Part shown: positions 11,205 to 23,065 of the stretch, piece by piece
Layout of the letters: each line of letters opens with the position of its first letter
Position numbering within the stretch: the stretch's first letter is position 1
Assembly (NCBI RefSeq): GCF_001194135.2
Contig: NC_068984.1
Location: 59,926,807-59,979,548, forward strand
Length of the DNA: 52,742 bases
From: Octopus bimaculoides
Lineage: Eukaryota
Direction: 5' to 3'
Translations under genes and position numbers: made by a program
Notes under the pieces: model-generated
What the model was told of the DNA's origin: nothing
The model's input: only the letters and a program-made list of their open reading frames with translations
Database searches by the model: none

Positions 11205-11926
11205 CCCTGAGAGAAAAGTTGGACATAAGAAGCATCAAATGTGCTGGTATGGTCATGTATTACGTATGGGTAAGGACAGCTGAGTGAAGAAGTATCACAC
11301 CCTAACAGTGGAGGGAACCTGTGGAAGAGGTAGACCTAGGAAGACCTGGGATGAGGTGGTGAAGCAAGACCTTCAAATCTTAGGCCTCACAATGGCAATG
11401 ACAAGTGACTGAGACCTTTGGAGATATGCTGTCCTTGAGAAGACCCAGCAAGCCAAGTGAGATTGTAGCCGTGGCCTACGCCAGTGTTGCATAACTGGCT
11501 CATTTAAGAGTAGCCTTCAGTCGTCGGGTAATATGCTGTGCTTGAGAAGACCTGTTGAGCCAAGCGAAATCGTTGTTATAGCCAATACCAATACTGCCTG
11601 ACTGGCACCCATGCCAGTGGCATGCAAAAAGCACCATTTGAGCATGGTCAATGCCAGTGCCGCCGGACTGGCTCCTGTGCCAGTGACATGTAAAAAGCAC
11701 CATATGAACATGGTTGATGTCAGTGGCCCCCATGCTGGTGGCATGTAAAAAGCACCTACTACACTCTTGGAGTGGTTGGTGTTAGGAAGGGCATCCAGCT
11801 GTAGAAACCTTGCCAGATCAGATTGGAGCCTGATGCAGCCTCCTGGCATGCTAGTCCTCAGTCAAACCATCCAACCCATGCCAGCATGGAAAGTGGACGT
11901 TAAACAATGATGATGATGATGATGAT
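11205..11926 (+). mobile_element. 5'-truncated RTE-clade LINE (ORF C-terminus, 3'UTR, (GAT)n tail)
   Basis: Translates WYGHVLRMGKDS*VKKYHTLTVEGTCGRGRPRKTWDEVVKQDLQILGLTMAMTSD*DLWRYAVLEKTQQAK; W(Y/F)GH and GRP-x-TW motifs are typical of the RTE C-terminus. Confidence 0.9.
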
Positions 11927-12013
11927 GGCTTTAGTGCTAGCATCAATAATACCAATGACAGTAATACAACAAATGACAAATATGTCAACAACATCAATAA
12001 CAACTGTAACAAA

Positions 12014-12524
12014 TTAACCCTCTTGGGACACCTAAGCTGATTGATTGGCCCATGTGATACAAGCTGAAAGGACTTTGAGGTCTACCCATCAGCTCGATGA
12101 AACAAATATTGTAATTTGGAAGTGTAACAGCTAATCAGAGATCATCTTTCAGTACATACTTTTGTTCTGTTTTTTTCATAGCAACATTTATGCTTATTAT
12201 TTTATCTATTTACATGTAGTGTGTTGTTTTAGGTTTTCTTATTGTTGTAGATGTATTGTACTGTTTACATGCATCCATAATATATATAGTTTTACATACT
12301 AACAAAGTAGTTTTAGGTACTTTATCCTTTGTTTTCTACATGCATACATCAATTTCAATCTCAACAGAAAAATTTTTTAGTTGTTTTGTCTACACATACC
12401 AAAACAATGTGTCTCAAAAGGGTTAACAGTGTGTGTCTCAAAAGGGTTAACAGTGTGTGTCTCAAAAGGGTTAACAGTGTGTGTGTCTCAAAATGGTTAA
12501 CAGTGTGTGTCTCAAAAGGGTTAA
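12014..12524. mobile_element. TTAA-flanked piggyBac-like non-autonomous element with tandemly amplified right terminus
   Basis: Left TTAACCCTCTTGGGACAC is the inverted match of right GTGTCTCAAAAGGGTTAA; the right end occurs five times (12407-12524). Confidence 0.75.
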
Positions 12525-12839
12525 AATCAGTGGATTTTGATTACATGACTTTGCTCCAAATTGAACATAAAGAATGCTAGATAATGTCCTCATCCATACC
12601 TAATACATGACCAGTGCAGTCATCTCTCTTGCACATCACATTTGATGCTTCTTATGTCCAACTTTGCTCTCAGTTCCTTGTGACTAGTAGTTGTAATGTT
12701 ATTAATATTGCTGTTGTTGTTGCTTAGCTCCAGCTTATACTGTTCAAGCTGACTTATGATCAGAGACGATCAAATTGTGACCATCATTTCTTTTGTACTG
12801 CAAATATATTTTCATTTGGGGTTTGCTTTCCTTGTCTTA

Positions 12840-13055
12840 TTCTTTTCTACTCTGGGCACAAGGCCCAAAATTTTGGGGTAAGGGGCTAGTTGATTAGATC
12901 GACCCCAGTACGCGACTGGTACATAATTTATCGACTCTGAAAGGATGAAAGGCAAAGTTGACCTTGGTGGAATTTGAACTCAGAACGTAAAGACAGATGA
13001 AATACTGCTAAGCATTTCACCCGGCATGCTAATGTTTCTGCCAGCTCGCTGCCTT
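12840..13055 (-). mobile_element. SINE family C
   Basis: Reverse complement of the family consensus incl. B-box GAGTTCAAATTCC. Confidence 0.9.
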
Positions 13056-13117
13056 CAAATATTATTGCATCAAATATGCTGGTACCTACTCACCTATTGA
13101 CAATGTTAGTGTAACTG

Positions 13118-13330
13118 AAGGCAGTGAGCTGGCAGAATCATTAGCACACCTGGCGAACTGCTTAGTGGCATTTGTCCATCTTTCTGTTCTAAGTTCAAAT
13201 TCCACTGAGGTCAACTTTGTCTTTCATCCTTTTGGGTTGATAAAATAAGTACCACTTGAGCACTGTGGTTGATTTAACTGACTTGGCTCCTTCTCTGAAA
13301 TTGCTGGCCTTGTGCCAAAATTTGAAACCA
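13118..13330 (+). mobile_element. SINE family C (head-to-head with 12840-13055)
   Basis: AAGGCAGTGAGCTGGCAGAATCATTAGC...GTTCAAATTCC...GGCCTTGTGCC. Confidence 0.9.
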
Positions 13331-13422
13331 CTATTAGTGTAATCATTGTATCAGTGGTGTTAAGTGTTGGTGTTGCTAGTTGTTATTGTGGCAATGTTGC
13401 TACTGTGGTAGTAATGTAGTTG

Positions 13423-13768
13423 AACACATGGCTCAGTGGTTTTCGTGTTGGGCTCACAATTATGAGGTAGTGAGTTTGATTCCTGGTCTGGGCTGTGTCT
13501 TATATTCTTGAGCAAGACACTTTATTTTCATGTTGCTCCAGTTCACTCAGCAGTACAAATGAGTTGCGATGTCACTGACGCCAAGCTGTATCAGCCTTTC
13601 CTCTCTTGGATAACATAAGTGACATGGCGGTGGGAGACTGGTATGCATGGGCGGGCGAATGCTGGTCTTCCATAAACAACCTTGCTCAGGCTTGTGCCTC
13701 GGAGTGTAACTTTCTATGTGCAATTCCATGGTCATTCATGACTGAAGGGGGTCTTTACCCTTTACCCT
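13423..13768 (+). mobile_element. tRNA-derived SINE family D
   Basis: TGGCTCAGTGG A-box, GAGTTTGATTCC B-box, CTTGAGCAAGACACTT CORE-like block; second copy at 42830-43118. Confidence 0.8.
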
Positions 13769-14074
13769 GAAGTGTTGATGGTATTAGTGTTATTAGTGTA
13801 CAGGTTATTGTTTTAATGAGCACTGATTGTATTTGTTCAGTTAATCATTGTTGAGATAGTAATATTGATGGTAATGGTGTTGTTTGCTATTGGTTACCAT
13901 CATGTATTGTTTTTGAGATGGAAGTGTTGATGGTGGGGATGGTGTGCTATAAGTTGTACTAGTGTATTAACTATTGAGATGAAAGTGGCAATAATAGTAG
14001 TATTACTATTCATAATATAAATGCATTTGAATTAGTTGTTGTGATAGAGGTGTTGATGTTGGTCATGCTATTTT

Positions 14075-14294
14075 TACCTTTTTGCCTTTTTACTTGTTGC
14101 GGTCATTAAACTGTAGCCAGGTTGGGGCACTGCCTTGAAGAATTTTAGTCAAATGAATCAATCCCAGTACTTATTTTTCCAAGCCTGGTACTTGTTTTAT
14201 TTGTCTCTTTTGCCAAGCCACTAAGTTACAGGGATGTAAGCAGACCAACGCCAGTTGTCAAGCAGTGTTGGGGGACAAATACAGACACAAAGAC

Positions 14295-14327
<33 letters not shown>

Positions 14328-14500
14328 CACACACACACACACACTCTCACATTGGGCTTCTTTCAGTTTCCATCTACCAAATCTGCCTGCAAGGCTTAGG
14401 TCAGCTCCAGGCTATAGTAGAGGACATTTGCCCAGGGTGTCATGCAGTGGGATTGAACCTGGAATCATGTAGTTGGGAAGAAAACTTCTTACCCTGCAGC
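14075..14500 (-). mobile_element. SINE family B, near full length, internal (CA)n
   Basis: Both 5' and 3' family blocks flank the microsatellite. Confidence 0.85.
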
Positions 14501-15629
14501 CATATGACATTAATGTACTAATGGTGATATCATGATGGTGCTTTTGCTATTGGTACTATTTACGTCATTGAATTAATTACTTTAGTAATATTGGTAGTAT
14601 TGTTGCTATCAGTTATCTTAGAGTTTTTGTTAATGATGGTTTTTTTATTGTGTGATATTTGCATGGCCGTACTGGTTGCTATTGTTGTTATAGTTTTGCT
14701 ATTGATAGTGTTAAATTTTGTCCTATTAGTTGTTGTGATTGTGGTGATTGATGATGTTGCTAATGTTGGTGTGTGTGTGTGTGGATGGGGGTATTAGTGT
14801 AGTTGTGTTGGCGGTGTTGTTGCTGATAGAAATTCTTCTCCTTTCCTCTCCTTCTGACATTATTGTTCAATAATTCTTCAAATTATCTTTCTGTTTGATC
14901 ATTGTCTTGTTAAAACATGAATTTTGCCCCTTCACCTTCCTCTGCCAGCAGTCATTGTGGTGGAACTATCTGATGTAATAGAGAAGAGGTGGGGAAATGA
15001 GAGAGAAATAGAGAAAGAGGGAGAGACAAATGAGAAAAGTTGCAAAGAATATTGAGAGGGAAAGTTAGAAAATTGGAAATGGAATCATTTGTTAGCTGAT
15101 GGTGATATTCGAGGAGTAGAAGAGAAAGAGTGAATAGGAGTTAATTAATATGAGAGTGAAGAAGAATGAGAAAAAGAGAGAGAGAGGAAGATAGATAGCT
15201 TGATAGAAAGTGTAATGGGGGGAAAGGAGAAAATGAAAGAGAATAAGGAGAGTAAGTCATGGCAAGGAGAAGGTAAGAAAGAAGAGAGAAGTATATTGGA
15301 GAGAGGGGGAAATTGAATTTAATGAAATTTCATGAAAGTCATCTTAAATTTTCTTTTAAAATAATGGAAATTTTAAAAGCGCATGAAGCACCAGTATATA
15401 TTTTGAGCAAAAGAATGTATTGCTTTGTGGTAGAAGTTATAGTTTGTGGTAGGGGCATAGCTTGCGGTTGAATATATAATTTGGAGTAGAAGCTATAGAG
15501 TGTGGGGAAAAAATACACGTGGAAGATAACATAGTTTGCAGTGGAAAGTATACTTTGGGGTAGATGTAGAATACATTGTTGGTGATAGAATATATATATA
15601 TAGCTCATGATAGTGGCACGTAATAAACA

Positions 15630-15865
15630 CCTTTTTGAGCGTGGCCGTTGCCAGTACTGTGTGACTGGCCCTCGTGTTGGCGGCACGTAAAAGCACCCAC
15701 TACACTATCAGAGTGGTTGGCGTTAGGAAGGGCATCCAGCTGTAGAAACTCTGCTAGATCAGATTGGAGCCTGGTGCAGCCATCTGGCTTGCCAGTCCTC
15801 AGTCAAATCATCCAACCCATGCTAGCATGGAAAGTGGACGTTAAACAGTGATGATGATGATGATA
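15630..15865 (+). mobile_element. RTE LINE 3'-UTR fragment
   Basis: Family 3' end with (GAT)n tail. Confidence 0.9.
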
Positions 15866-15973
15866 GAAGATCCAATTTATGGCAGAAAATAGTTTGTGGT
15901 AGAAGACATTTTGTGGTGGATAATGTATTTTCTGCTTGAACTTATAGATTTTAATAAATACATGGTTTGTGGT

Positions 15974-16201
15974 TTAACCCCTTTGCATTTAAACCAGCCA
16001 TACCCAACCCATATATTCTACCTGTTTTATGTTCAAACCAACCAAATACAGTGTCACACACCTATCTTACAATGTCATTCTAAAAATTAGCAGTTACATC
16101 ATCAAAAGCTCAATGCTACAAAGTAATGCATGATTAATTGAAAATACTGTGAAAAAATAAGCATTATATTTGACAGAGTAACCTGAATGCTAAAGGATTA
16201 A
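15974..16201. mobile_element. TTAA-flanked piggyBac-like MITE, family 1
   Basis: TTAACCCCTTTGCATT ... AATGCTAAAGGATTAA; body shared with 32902-33119 and 47523-47731. Confidence 0.8.
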
Positions 16202-16349
16202 AATGTATTTTGTGGTAGAATATGTACAGTTTTTTTTTTGTAGGAGTTATAATTTGTGGAAGAAAGCATAGATTGTGTGAGAAAATATAGTTTATGAAAG
16301 GAAATATAATTTGAAGTAGATGTCATAGTTTCATTGTAATTTTTCATTG

Positions 16350-16575
16350 TTTTAACATCCACTTTTCCTGCTTATATGAGTTGGATGAAGTTTGTTAGGG
16401 CAGATTTCTATGGCTGGATGCCCTTCCTGTGGCCAACCTTTGCCTGTCTCCAAGTAAGGTAATATTTTCTCATGATCAGACTTACTCTCACAGAATATTG
16501 GAAATGAATGACACTGTTCATATGACAGCAACAATCACTTTACAACTATCACATGATGTCAAGACAAGGTGACAC
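16350..16575 (-). mobile_element. Repeat family G (probable retroelement/SINE with RTE-like 3' end)
   Basis: GGCTGGATGCCCTTCCTG..AAGGTAATATT..AGAATATTGGAAATGAATGACACTG; also at 29515-29760 and partly 31925-32020. Confidence 0.7.
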
Positions 16576-17879
16576 AAATTCTCTCTCACACACACTCATA
16601 TACACACACAGATACATACATACATACTTCTTTCAGTTTCCATCTACCAAATCTACTTGCAAGGCATTTGTTGGTCCATATCTATAGTAGAAGATATTTG
16701 CCCATGGTGCCATGCAGTAGGACTGAACCTGGAATCATGTGGTAAGAATCAAATTTCTTACCACACAGCCATGCCTTCATCTGTAGCCATACCTGCATTT
16801 GTAATTTGTAGTAGAAAATATAGTTTTGTAGTTGAAGATGTAATTTGTGGTAGAAAACACAGTATTGGTAAAATATACATCGTGGTGGAAAATATAGAAA
16901 TATAGTTTATGATAGAATTTATATATAGTGGTAAAAGATGTAGTTTGCGGTAGATATTATTTGTGGTAGAAGATACATGTTGTGGTTGGCAACGTAATTT
17001 TGGTAGAAAATATAGTTTTGTGGTACAGTTTAATATTTGTAGTAGAAGACAGTATTTGTTTGAAAATGTAGTTTGTGATACATTATATATTTTGTGTTAG
17101 AATATATAGTTTTTAGTAGAAGATATAATTGTTAAATGTATTTTGTGGAACATTACATAGTTTATGGTAGGTAGAAGGCTTAAGACATATTTTGTGAAAA
17201 AAAGACAGTTTGTGACAGAAAATATTTGTGGTAGAAACTATAGTTTGTGGTACAAAATATAGTATGTAGTAAAGTATGTATTTTGTGGTAGAAGACATAT
17301 TTATGTTAAAAGACAGTGTGATAGAAAACAATTTTGTCAGTGGATGTGAGAAGAACTTTCAGTAAATTAAAACTTGATTTAAATTGATTTTTGCCTTGGA
17401 TTACTTACACTTCATGGTGGTAGAATATATATTTTCTGGTAGACAACCTAACTTTTAGTATAAGATATAGTTTGTGGTGGACAGCATAGTCATAAAATAT
17501 ATCACTTGTTCTAGAAAATACAGTTTTGGAGTAGAAAATATAGTTGGTTGTAGAAAAAATAAAAAAGTGTTTGTGCCTGAAGATATAGTTGGTAGCAGTA
17601 ATTGTAGTTTAGCTCCAGTTCTGTTATCTCTGATATGATCTAATCCAGTTCTGACCATCCTTTGTTAATTAGGTACAGTGAATTCCAGATTATTTTAACC
17701 AGTTTTTTTTTTTTAAGGATGGCTTGAGGGAATTTGACTGTAATTAATAGATGATGTAAATGATGGTATTTGAACAGAGTTACTGTTGTTTCTTAACCCC
17801 AGGATAGTTCTGATCCAGCTGATCTGTCTTTTTTTTTTATCAAGCATAATGAATCTCCAAATCACATTTAACAAATAGG

Positions 17880-18300
17880 CATAGGCATGGCTGTATGCAC
17901 CAATGTGGCTGTGTGGTAAGAAGTTAGCTTCCCAACCACATAGTTTTGGGTTCAGTCCCACTGCATGACATCTTAAGCAAGTGCCTTTTACTATAGCCTT
18001 GGGCTGAATAAAGCCTTGTGGGTGGATTTGGTAGATGGAAACTGAAAGAAGCTTGTATATATATATATCTATATATATCTACGTGTATGTTTTTGTGTTT
18101 GTGCTTATCTCCCATCACCACTTGACAAGTGATGGTTTGTTTACATCCCTGTAACTTAGTGGTTTTGCAAATGAGACTGGTAGAATTAGTACCAGGATTA
18201 AAAATAAGTGCTGGAGCCAATTCATTCGACTAAAAAATTCTTCAAGGTGTTGCCACAGCATGGCCACAGTCTAATGATTAAAACAAGTAGAAGATGCAAG
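17880..18300 (+). mobile_element. SINE family B, near full length
   Basis: GTGGCTGTGTGGTAAGAAG head, GGTTCAGTCCC B-box-like, family 3' block. Confidence 0.85.
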
Positions 18301-18724
18301 ATAAAAAATAATGTGTCTTATTTTAAGACAGTGAGATAGTTTGAGAAAGATTTTACCACTGTCTCTAGTAGGTTGAAAAATCAACTCCTTTCTCATTGGT
18401 TAATAATGTTCATAACAACAGATATTGTTTGTGCTGGAAGATATAATTAATGTGTTAAGGTACTGCAATTACTACTTGCTTTGCTACAAATAATAATATA
18501 AAAAAATACCTCAACAATCTGTAAATAGGTGGTAATAAAACTCAATAAATAAAACCTAATTAAAAATACCTTCATCTTGGGTTATTCACACCTTAAGGCG
18601 AAAAAAGATACAATTTGTGATACACAACATATTTTGTATTAGACAGCACCATTTATTTGATGTAGAAAATATACCTTGTAGTAGAAGATAGTTTATGATA
18701 GAAAGAATAGTGAACAGTTTGTGA

Positions 18725-18961
18725 TTAATCCATTTGTTACTATATTTCTGTTGAATTATGGTACTTTGTTTCAATCAATTTTCAAAATAATGAAGAATTT
18801 GCTAAAATAACTATATCATTATTAAGCTGGTGCTTAGAACATATATTCACGTGAAATTTTAAAGAAAAGTTTTAATATAAATTGTTTTAAAACAAAAAGT
18901 TGGTAGCTTGTATCATACCGCCAAGGTTGGTCTCTGGTGGGTTGGTTTACAAAGAAATTAA
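18725..18961. mobile_element. TTAA-flanked MITE, family 2
   Basis: TTAATCCATTTGTTAC ... AAAGAAATTAA; body as 4402-4643. Confidence 0.7.
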
Positions 18962-19510
18962 ATATTAGATATGCATACATGTAAAAGGACTGTCAGATTG
19001 CATAATAATTATTCAAAATACCTATGTTTAAGAGCATGAGCGTTAACAATTCAAAGCATAAGTACAACAAAAGAATAACAAAATTCAAATGGATAAATTG
19101 ATGAAGAAAATTTATAATGGTAAAAAAAATGTTTTTATATATCTCCAATAATATTAATCTAAATGTATTTAAACTGAAATATGTATATTTATGTCTATGT
19201 ATGTATGTATGTATGTATGTATGTATGTATGTATATATATATATGTATTTATATCTATGNNNNNNNNNNNNNNNNNNNNNNNNNNNNNNNNNNNNNNNNN
19301 NNNNNNNNNNNNNNNNNNNNNNNNNNNNNNNNNNNNNNNNNNNNNNNNNNNNNNNNNNNNNNNNNNNNNNNNNNNNNNNNNNNNNNNNNNNNNNNNNNNN
19401 NNNNNNNNNNNNNNNNNNNNNNNNNNNNNNNNNNNNNNNNNNNNNNNNNNNNNNNNNNNNNNNNNNNNNNNNNNNNNNNNNNNNNNNNNNNNNNNNNNNN
19501 NNNNNNNNNN

Positions 19511-19553
<43 letters not shown>

Positions 19554-19564
19554 CTACTACATAT

Positions 19565-19860
19565 ATGTAAATCTGTGGGTGTGTTTGTTTGTGGCATTGT
19601 TATCTAACTCCTCCTACATCATTTTATTGATTTTGATGAAACTTGACACATGAGTTGAACTCATATCTGGAAAACTAATGACATACGTAGATTGTTGAAA
19701 AAATTGATAATAGGGCCCCTGGAAGGGATTATTATATCTACTACATATAACTAATATATTTTTAAACATCCAAGGGAAATAACCCATTTGCTCCTGAGGG
19801 AATCCTTATATATAGCGAAAGGAAATAACCCATTCATGTTCGTAAATTATTTCGTATAGA
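19565..19860 (+). mobile_element. Possible Helentron-associated (HINE/DINE-1-like) non-autonomous element
   Basis: (GTTT)n microsatellite followed by GATTTTGATGAAACTTGACACA, the layout I recall for this class; not checked against a library. Confidence 0.4.
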
Positions 19861-19991
19861 TCAAATTGAGTATACTTATTTCTTAGTATTTGAACTATTT
19901 CAGTTATTTTTGCAATTTATCCAGTACAATGCTTAAACAAGTAAATAATATTTTCCTAAACAATAGATCCACTTATTTTGGTTAGTGACTT

Positions 19992-20275
19992 CATCATCAT
20001 CATCATCATCATCGTTTAACGTCTGCCTTCCATGCTAGCATGGGTTGGACAATTTGACTGAGGACTGGTGAAACCGGATGGCAACACCAGGCTCCAATCT
20101 AATTTGGCAGAGTTTCTACAGCTGGATGCCCTTCCTAACGCCAACCACTCAGAGAGTGTAGTGGGTGCTTTTACGTGTCACCCGCACGAAAACGGCCACG
20201 CTCGAAATGGTGTCTTTTATGTGCCACCCGCACAAGAGCCAGTCCAGGGGCACTGGCAACGATCTCGCTCGAAAG
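19992..20275 (-). mobile_element. Young RTE LINE 3'-UTR copy
   Basis: Nearly identical to 38778-39025, 46700-46971 and 52534-52742. Confidence 0.92.
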
Positions 20276-21429
20276 ATTATTCATGAATATATCAACAATA
20301 GCTCCGCTGAGGGTTATATTCTCTGCAAATGCACAAAAGCTTTCTTCAGAGTTATTTAGTTTGAATTGTTATCATCCCATATCTGATTAGGAATACTGGC
20401 AGTTGCCCATGCATGCAAGCTTCCCCTCTCCACTGTTGTTTATCCAAGTAAAATGCTGATGCTGTGGGCTCATATAGCTTGACAACATTGTTGTNNNNNN
20501 NNNNNNNNNNNNNNNNNNNNNNNNNNNNNNNNNNNNNNNNNNNNNNNNNNNNNNNNNNNNNNNNNNNNNNNNNNNNNNNNNNNNNNNNNNNNNNNNNNNN
20601 NNNNNNNNNNNNNNNNNNNNNNNNNNNNNNNNNNNNNNNNNNNNNNNNNNNNNNNNNNNNNNNNNNNNNNNNNNNNNNNNNNNNNNNNNNNNNNNNNNNN
20701 NNNNNNNNNNNNNNNNNNNNNNNNNNNNNNNNNNNNNNNNNNNNNNNNNNNNNNNNNNNNNNNNNNNNNNNNNNNNNNNNNNNNNNNNNNNNNNNNNNNN
20801 NNNNNNNNNNNNNNNNNNNNNNNNNNNNNNNNNNNNNNNNNNNNNNNNNNNNNNNNNNNNNNNNNNNNNNNNNNNNNNNNNNNNNNNNNNNNNNNNNNNN
20901 NNNNNNNNNNNNNNNNNNNNNNNNNNNNNNNNNNNNNNNNNNNNNNNNNNNNNNNNNNNNNNNNNNNNNNNNNNNNNNNNNNNNNNNNNNNNNNNNNNNN
21001 NNNNNNNNNNNNNNNNNNNNNNNNNNNNNNNNNNNNNNNNNNNNNNNNNNNNNNNNNNNNNNNNNNNNNNNNNNNNNNNNNNNNNNNNNNNNNNNNNNNN
21101 NNNNNNNNNNNNNNNNNNNNNNNNNNNNNNNNNNNNNNNNNNNNNNNNNNNNNNNNNNNNNNNNNNNNNNNNNNNNNNNNNNNNNNNNNNNNNNNNNNNN
21201 NNNNNNNNNNNNNNNNNNNNNNNNNNNNNNNNNNNNNNNNNNNNNNNNNNNNNNNNNNNNNNNNNNNNNNNNNNNNNNNNNNNNNNNNNNNNNNNNNNNN
21301 NNNNNNNNNNNNNNNNNNNNNNNNNNNNNNNNNNNNNNNNNNNNNNNNNNNNNNNNNNNNNNNNNNNNNNNNNNNNNNNNNNNNNNNNNNNNNNNNNNNN
21401 NNNNNNNNNNNNNNNNNNNNNNNNNNNNN

Positions 21430-21665
21430 CAACCGCACAAGAGCTGGCCCAGGGGCACCGGCAACGATCTTGCTCGAAAGATTTCATGTGTCGCCCGCAC
21501 ATGAGCCAGTCCAGGGGCACTGGCAACGATCCCACTCGAAAAACCTCCTGTGTCATCCGCACAAGAGTCAGTCCAGGGGCACCGGCATCGATCTCGCTCG
21601 AAAGATTTCATGTGTCGCCCGCACATGAGCCAGTCCAGGGGCACTGGCAACGATCTCGCTCGAAA
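21430..21665 (-). mobile_element. RTE 3'-UTR internal tandem subrepeats
   Basis: Four CCGCAC..AGCCAGTCCAGGGGCACTGGCAACGATCTCGCTCGAAAG-like units. Confidence 0.85.
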
Positions 21666-22018
21666 GATTATTCATGAATATATCAACAATAGCTCCGCTG
21701 AGGGTTATATTCTCTGCAAATGCACAAAAGCTTTCTTCAGAGTTATTTAGTTTGAATTGTTATCATCCCATATCTGATTAGGAATACTGGCAGTTGCCCA
21801 TGCATGCAAGCTTCCCCTCTCCACTGTTGTTTATCCAAGTAAAATGCTGATGCTGTGGGCTCATATAGCTTGACAACATTGTTGTTTATATAGGAAATAA
21901 TTGTGACTTCTAGTTCCACTGTTCAAGGTTTATTCAGGCTGTTTATAATAAATCTCAAATGATGAAACTTGAAGTCACAGTCAATTCTTACCCCTCTCTT
22001 TCTGTTTAACCATAAATC

Positions 22019-22019
<1 letters not shown>

Positions 22020-22054
<35 letters not shown>

Positions 22055-22270
22055 CCTTTCTACTAAAGACACAAGGCCTGATATTTTAGGGCAGGGGACT
22101 ATTCAATTACATTGACCCCAGTATTTTATTGCTGCTTAATTTGTTGACCTCTTCGGGGTCGACAAATCAGCAACCTTGGCAGAATTTGAACTCAATGTAA
22201 AGACGGACAAAATACCGCCAAGCATTTCACCTGGTGTGCTAACAATTCTGCCAGCTTGCTACCTTGTTAA
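22020..22270 (-). mobile_element. SINE family C with (AAT)n tail
   Basis: Reverse complement of the consensus, flanked by (AAT)n on both sides. Confidence 0.85.
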
Positions 22271-22427
22271 TAATAATAATAATAATAATAATAACTCTGC
22301 CAATTTCCTCATGTGACCTGAACTGACTAATAAAACATCCAATCATTCTCACTAAGGATCTACTTTTATTTCTCTTCACTCTAACCTCAGACATTTGAGA
22401 ACACGCTGTTTCAGAATGATGCCATCA

Positions 22428-22690
22428 TTAACTCATTTGTAACCATATTTCTAATAAAATACACTGTCCTAATGTTGCAATTAATCCTGAAAATAATGAA
22501 GCATTTGAAAGGACTTAGTAAAATAATTAATAGTTCCTCTATTAAAACAGTGTTTAGAATATTACAAAGTGTTCTTACATAAAATTATTATAGAATGTTT
22601 ACATTTAGATATAAGTACATTAAAATAGATGGTTTTATATTGTAGAATCAGGAATGCTTCAGATGGGTTGGTAATGAAAATTCTAATAAA
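22428..22690. mobile_element. TTAA MITE family 2, degenerate
   Basis: TTAACTCATTTGTAACCATATTTC start; body as 4402-4643; right end eroded. Confidence 0.6.
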
Positions 22691-22829
22691 GTAGATATCA
22701 AGGTTATGAAATACAAGTCAATCCTTCTGCAGTTTACTTGTCTACATGTGTCTAACACATGCGTCTAATATTACTCCATGGCAGAAGTGTTAAACCCACT
22801 CTTCCTGGTGAAGAAGATTGGCTTGCTAG

Positions 22830-23065
22830 AGTTGAGTGCCAGTACCACATAGAAAGCACTTGTGCCAGTGCTACATATAAAGCACTCATGCCATGCCATG
22901 TTAAAAGCACCCAGCACACACTGCAATGTAGTTGGTATTAGGAAAGGCTGTGAAAACCAAGTCAAATCAGAATGGAATTTGGTGTAGCTCTTTAGCTTTA
23001 AAATCTGGTCAAACTGTCCAGCCCATGCCAGAATGGAAAATGGACACTAAAGGATGATGATGATG
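22830..23065 (+). mobile_element. RTE LINE 3'-UTR fragment (older)
   Basis: Diverged family 3' end with GATGATGAT tail. Confidence 0.8.

Larger units (their letters stand above)
15420..17590. repeat. Degenerate ~20-bp minisatellite (TTTGTGGTAGAAAATATAGT-like), interrupted by later insertions
   Basis: Recurrent TGTGGTAGAA / TAGTTT motifs at 15420-15610, 15870-15920, 16205-16330, 16800-17330 and 17400-17590; remnant at 18640-18720. Confidence 0.8.

Noticed and set aside
12407-12524. CRISPR-like direct repeats
   Set aside because: No unique spacers, eukaryotic context, no cas genes; explained as an amplified transposon terminus
20240-21885. Identical ~250-bp direct repeats flanking a gap (LTR-like)
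   Set aside because: Identical sequence on both sides of an N-gap is typical of unmerged contig overlap; no TG..CA ends or PBS/PPT. The same applies to 44800-45290 and probably 25262-25420
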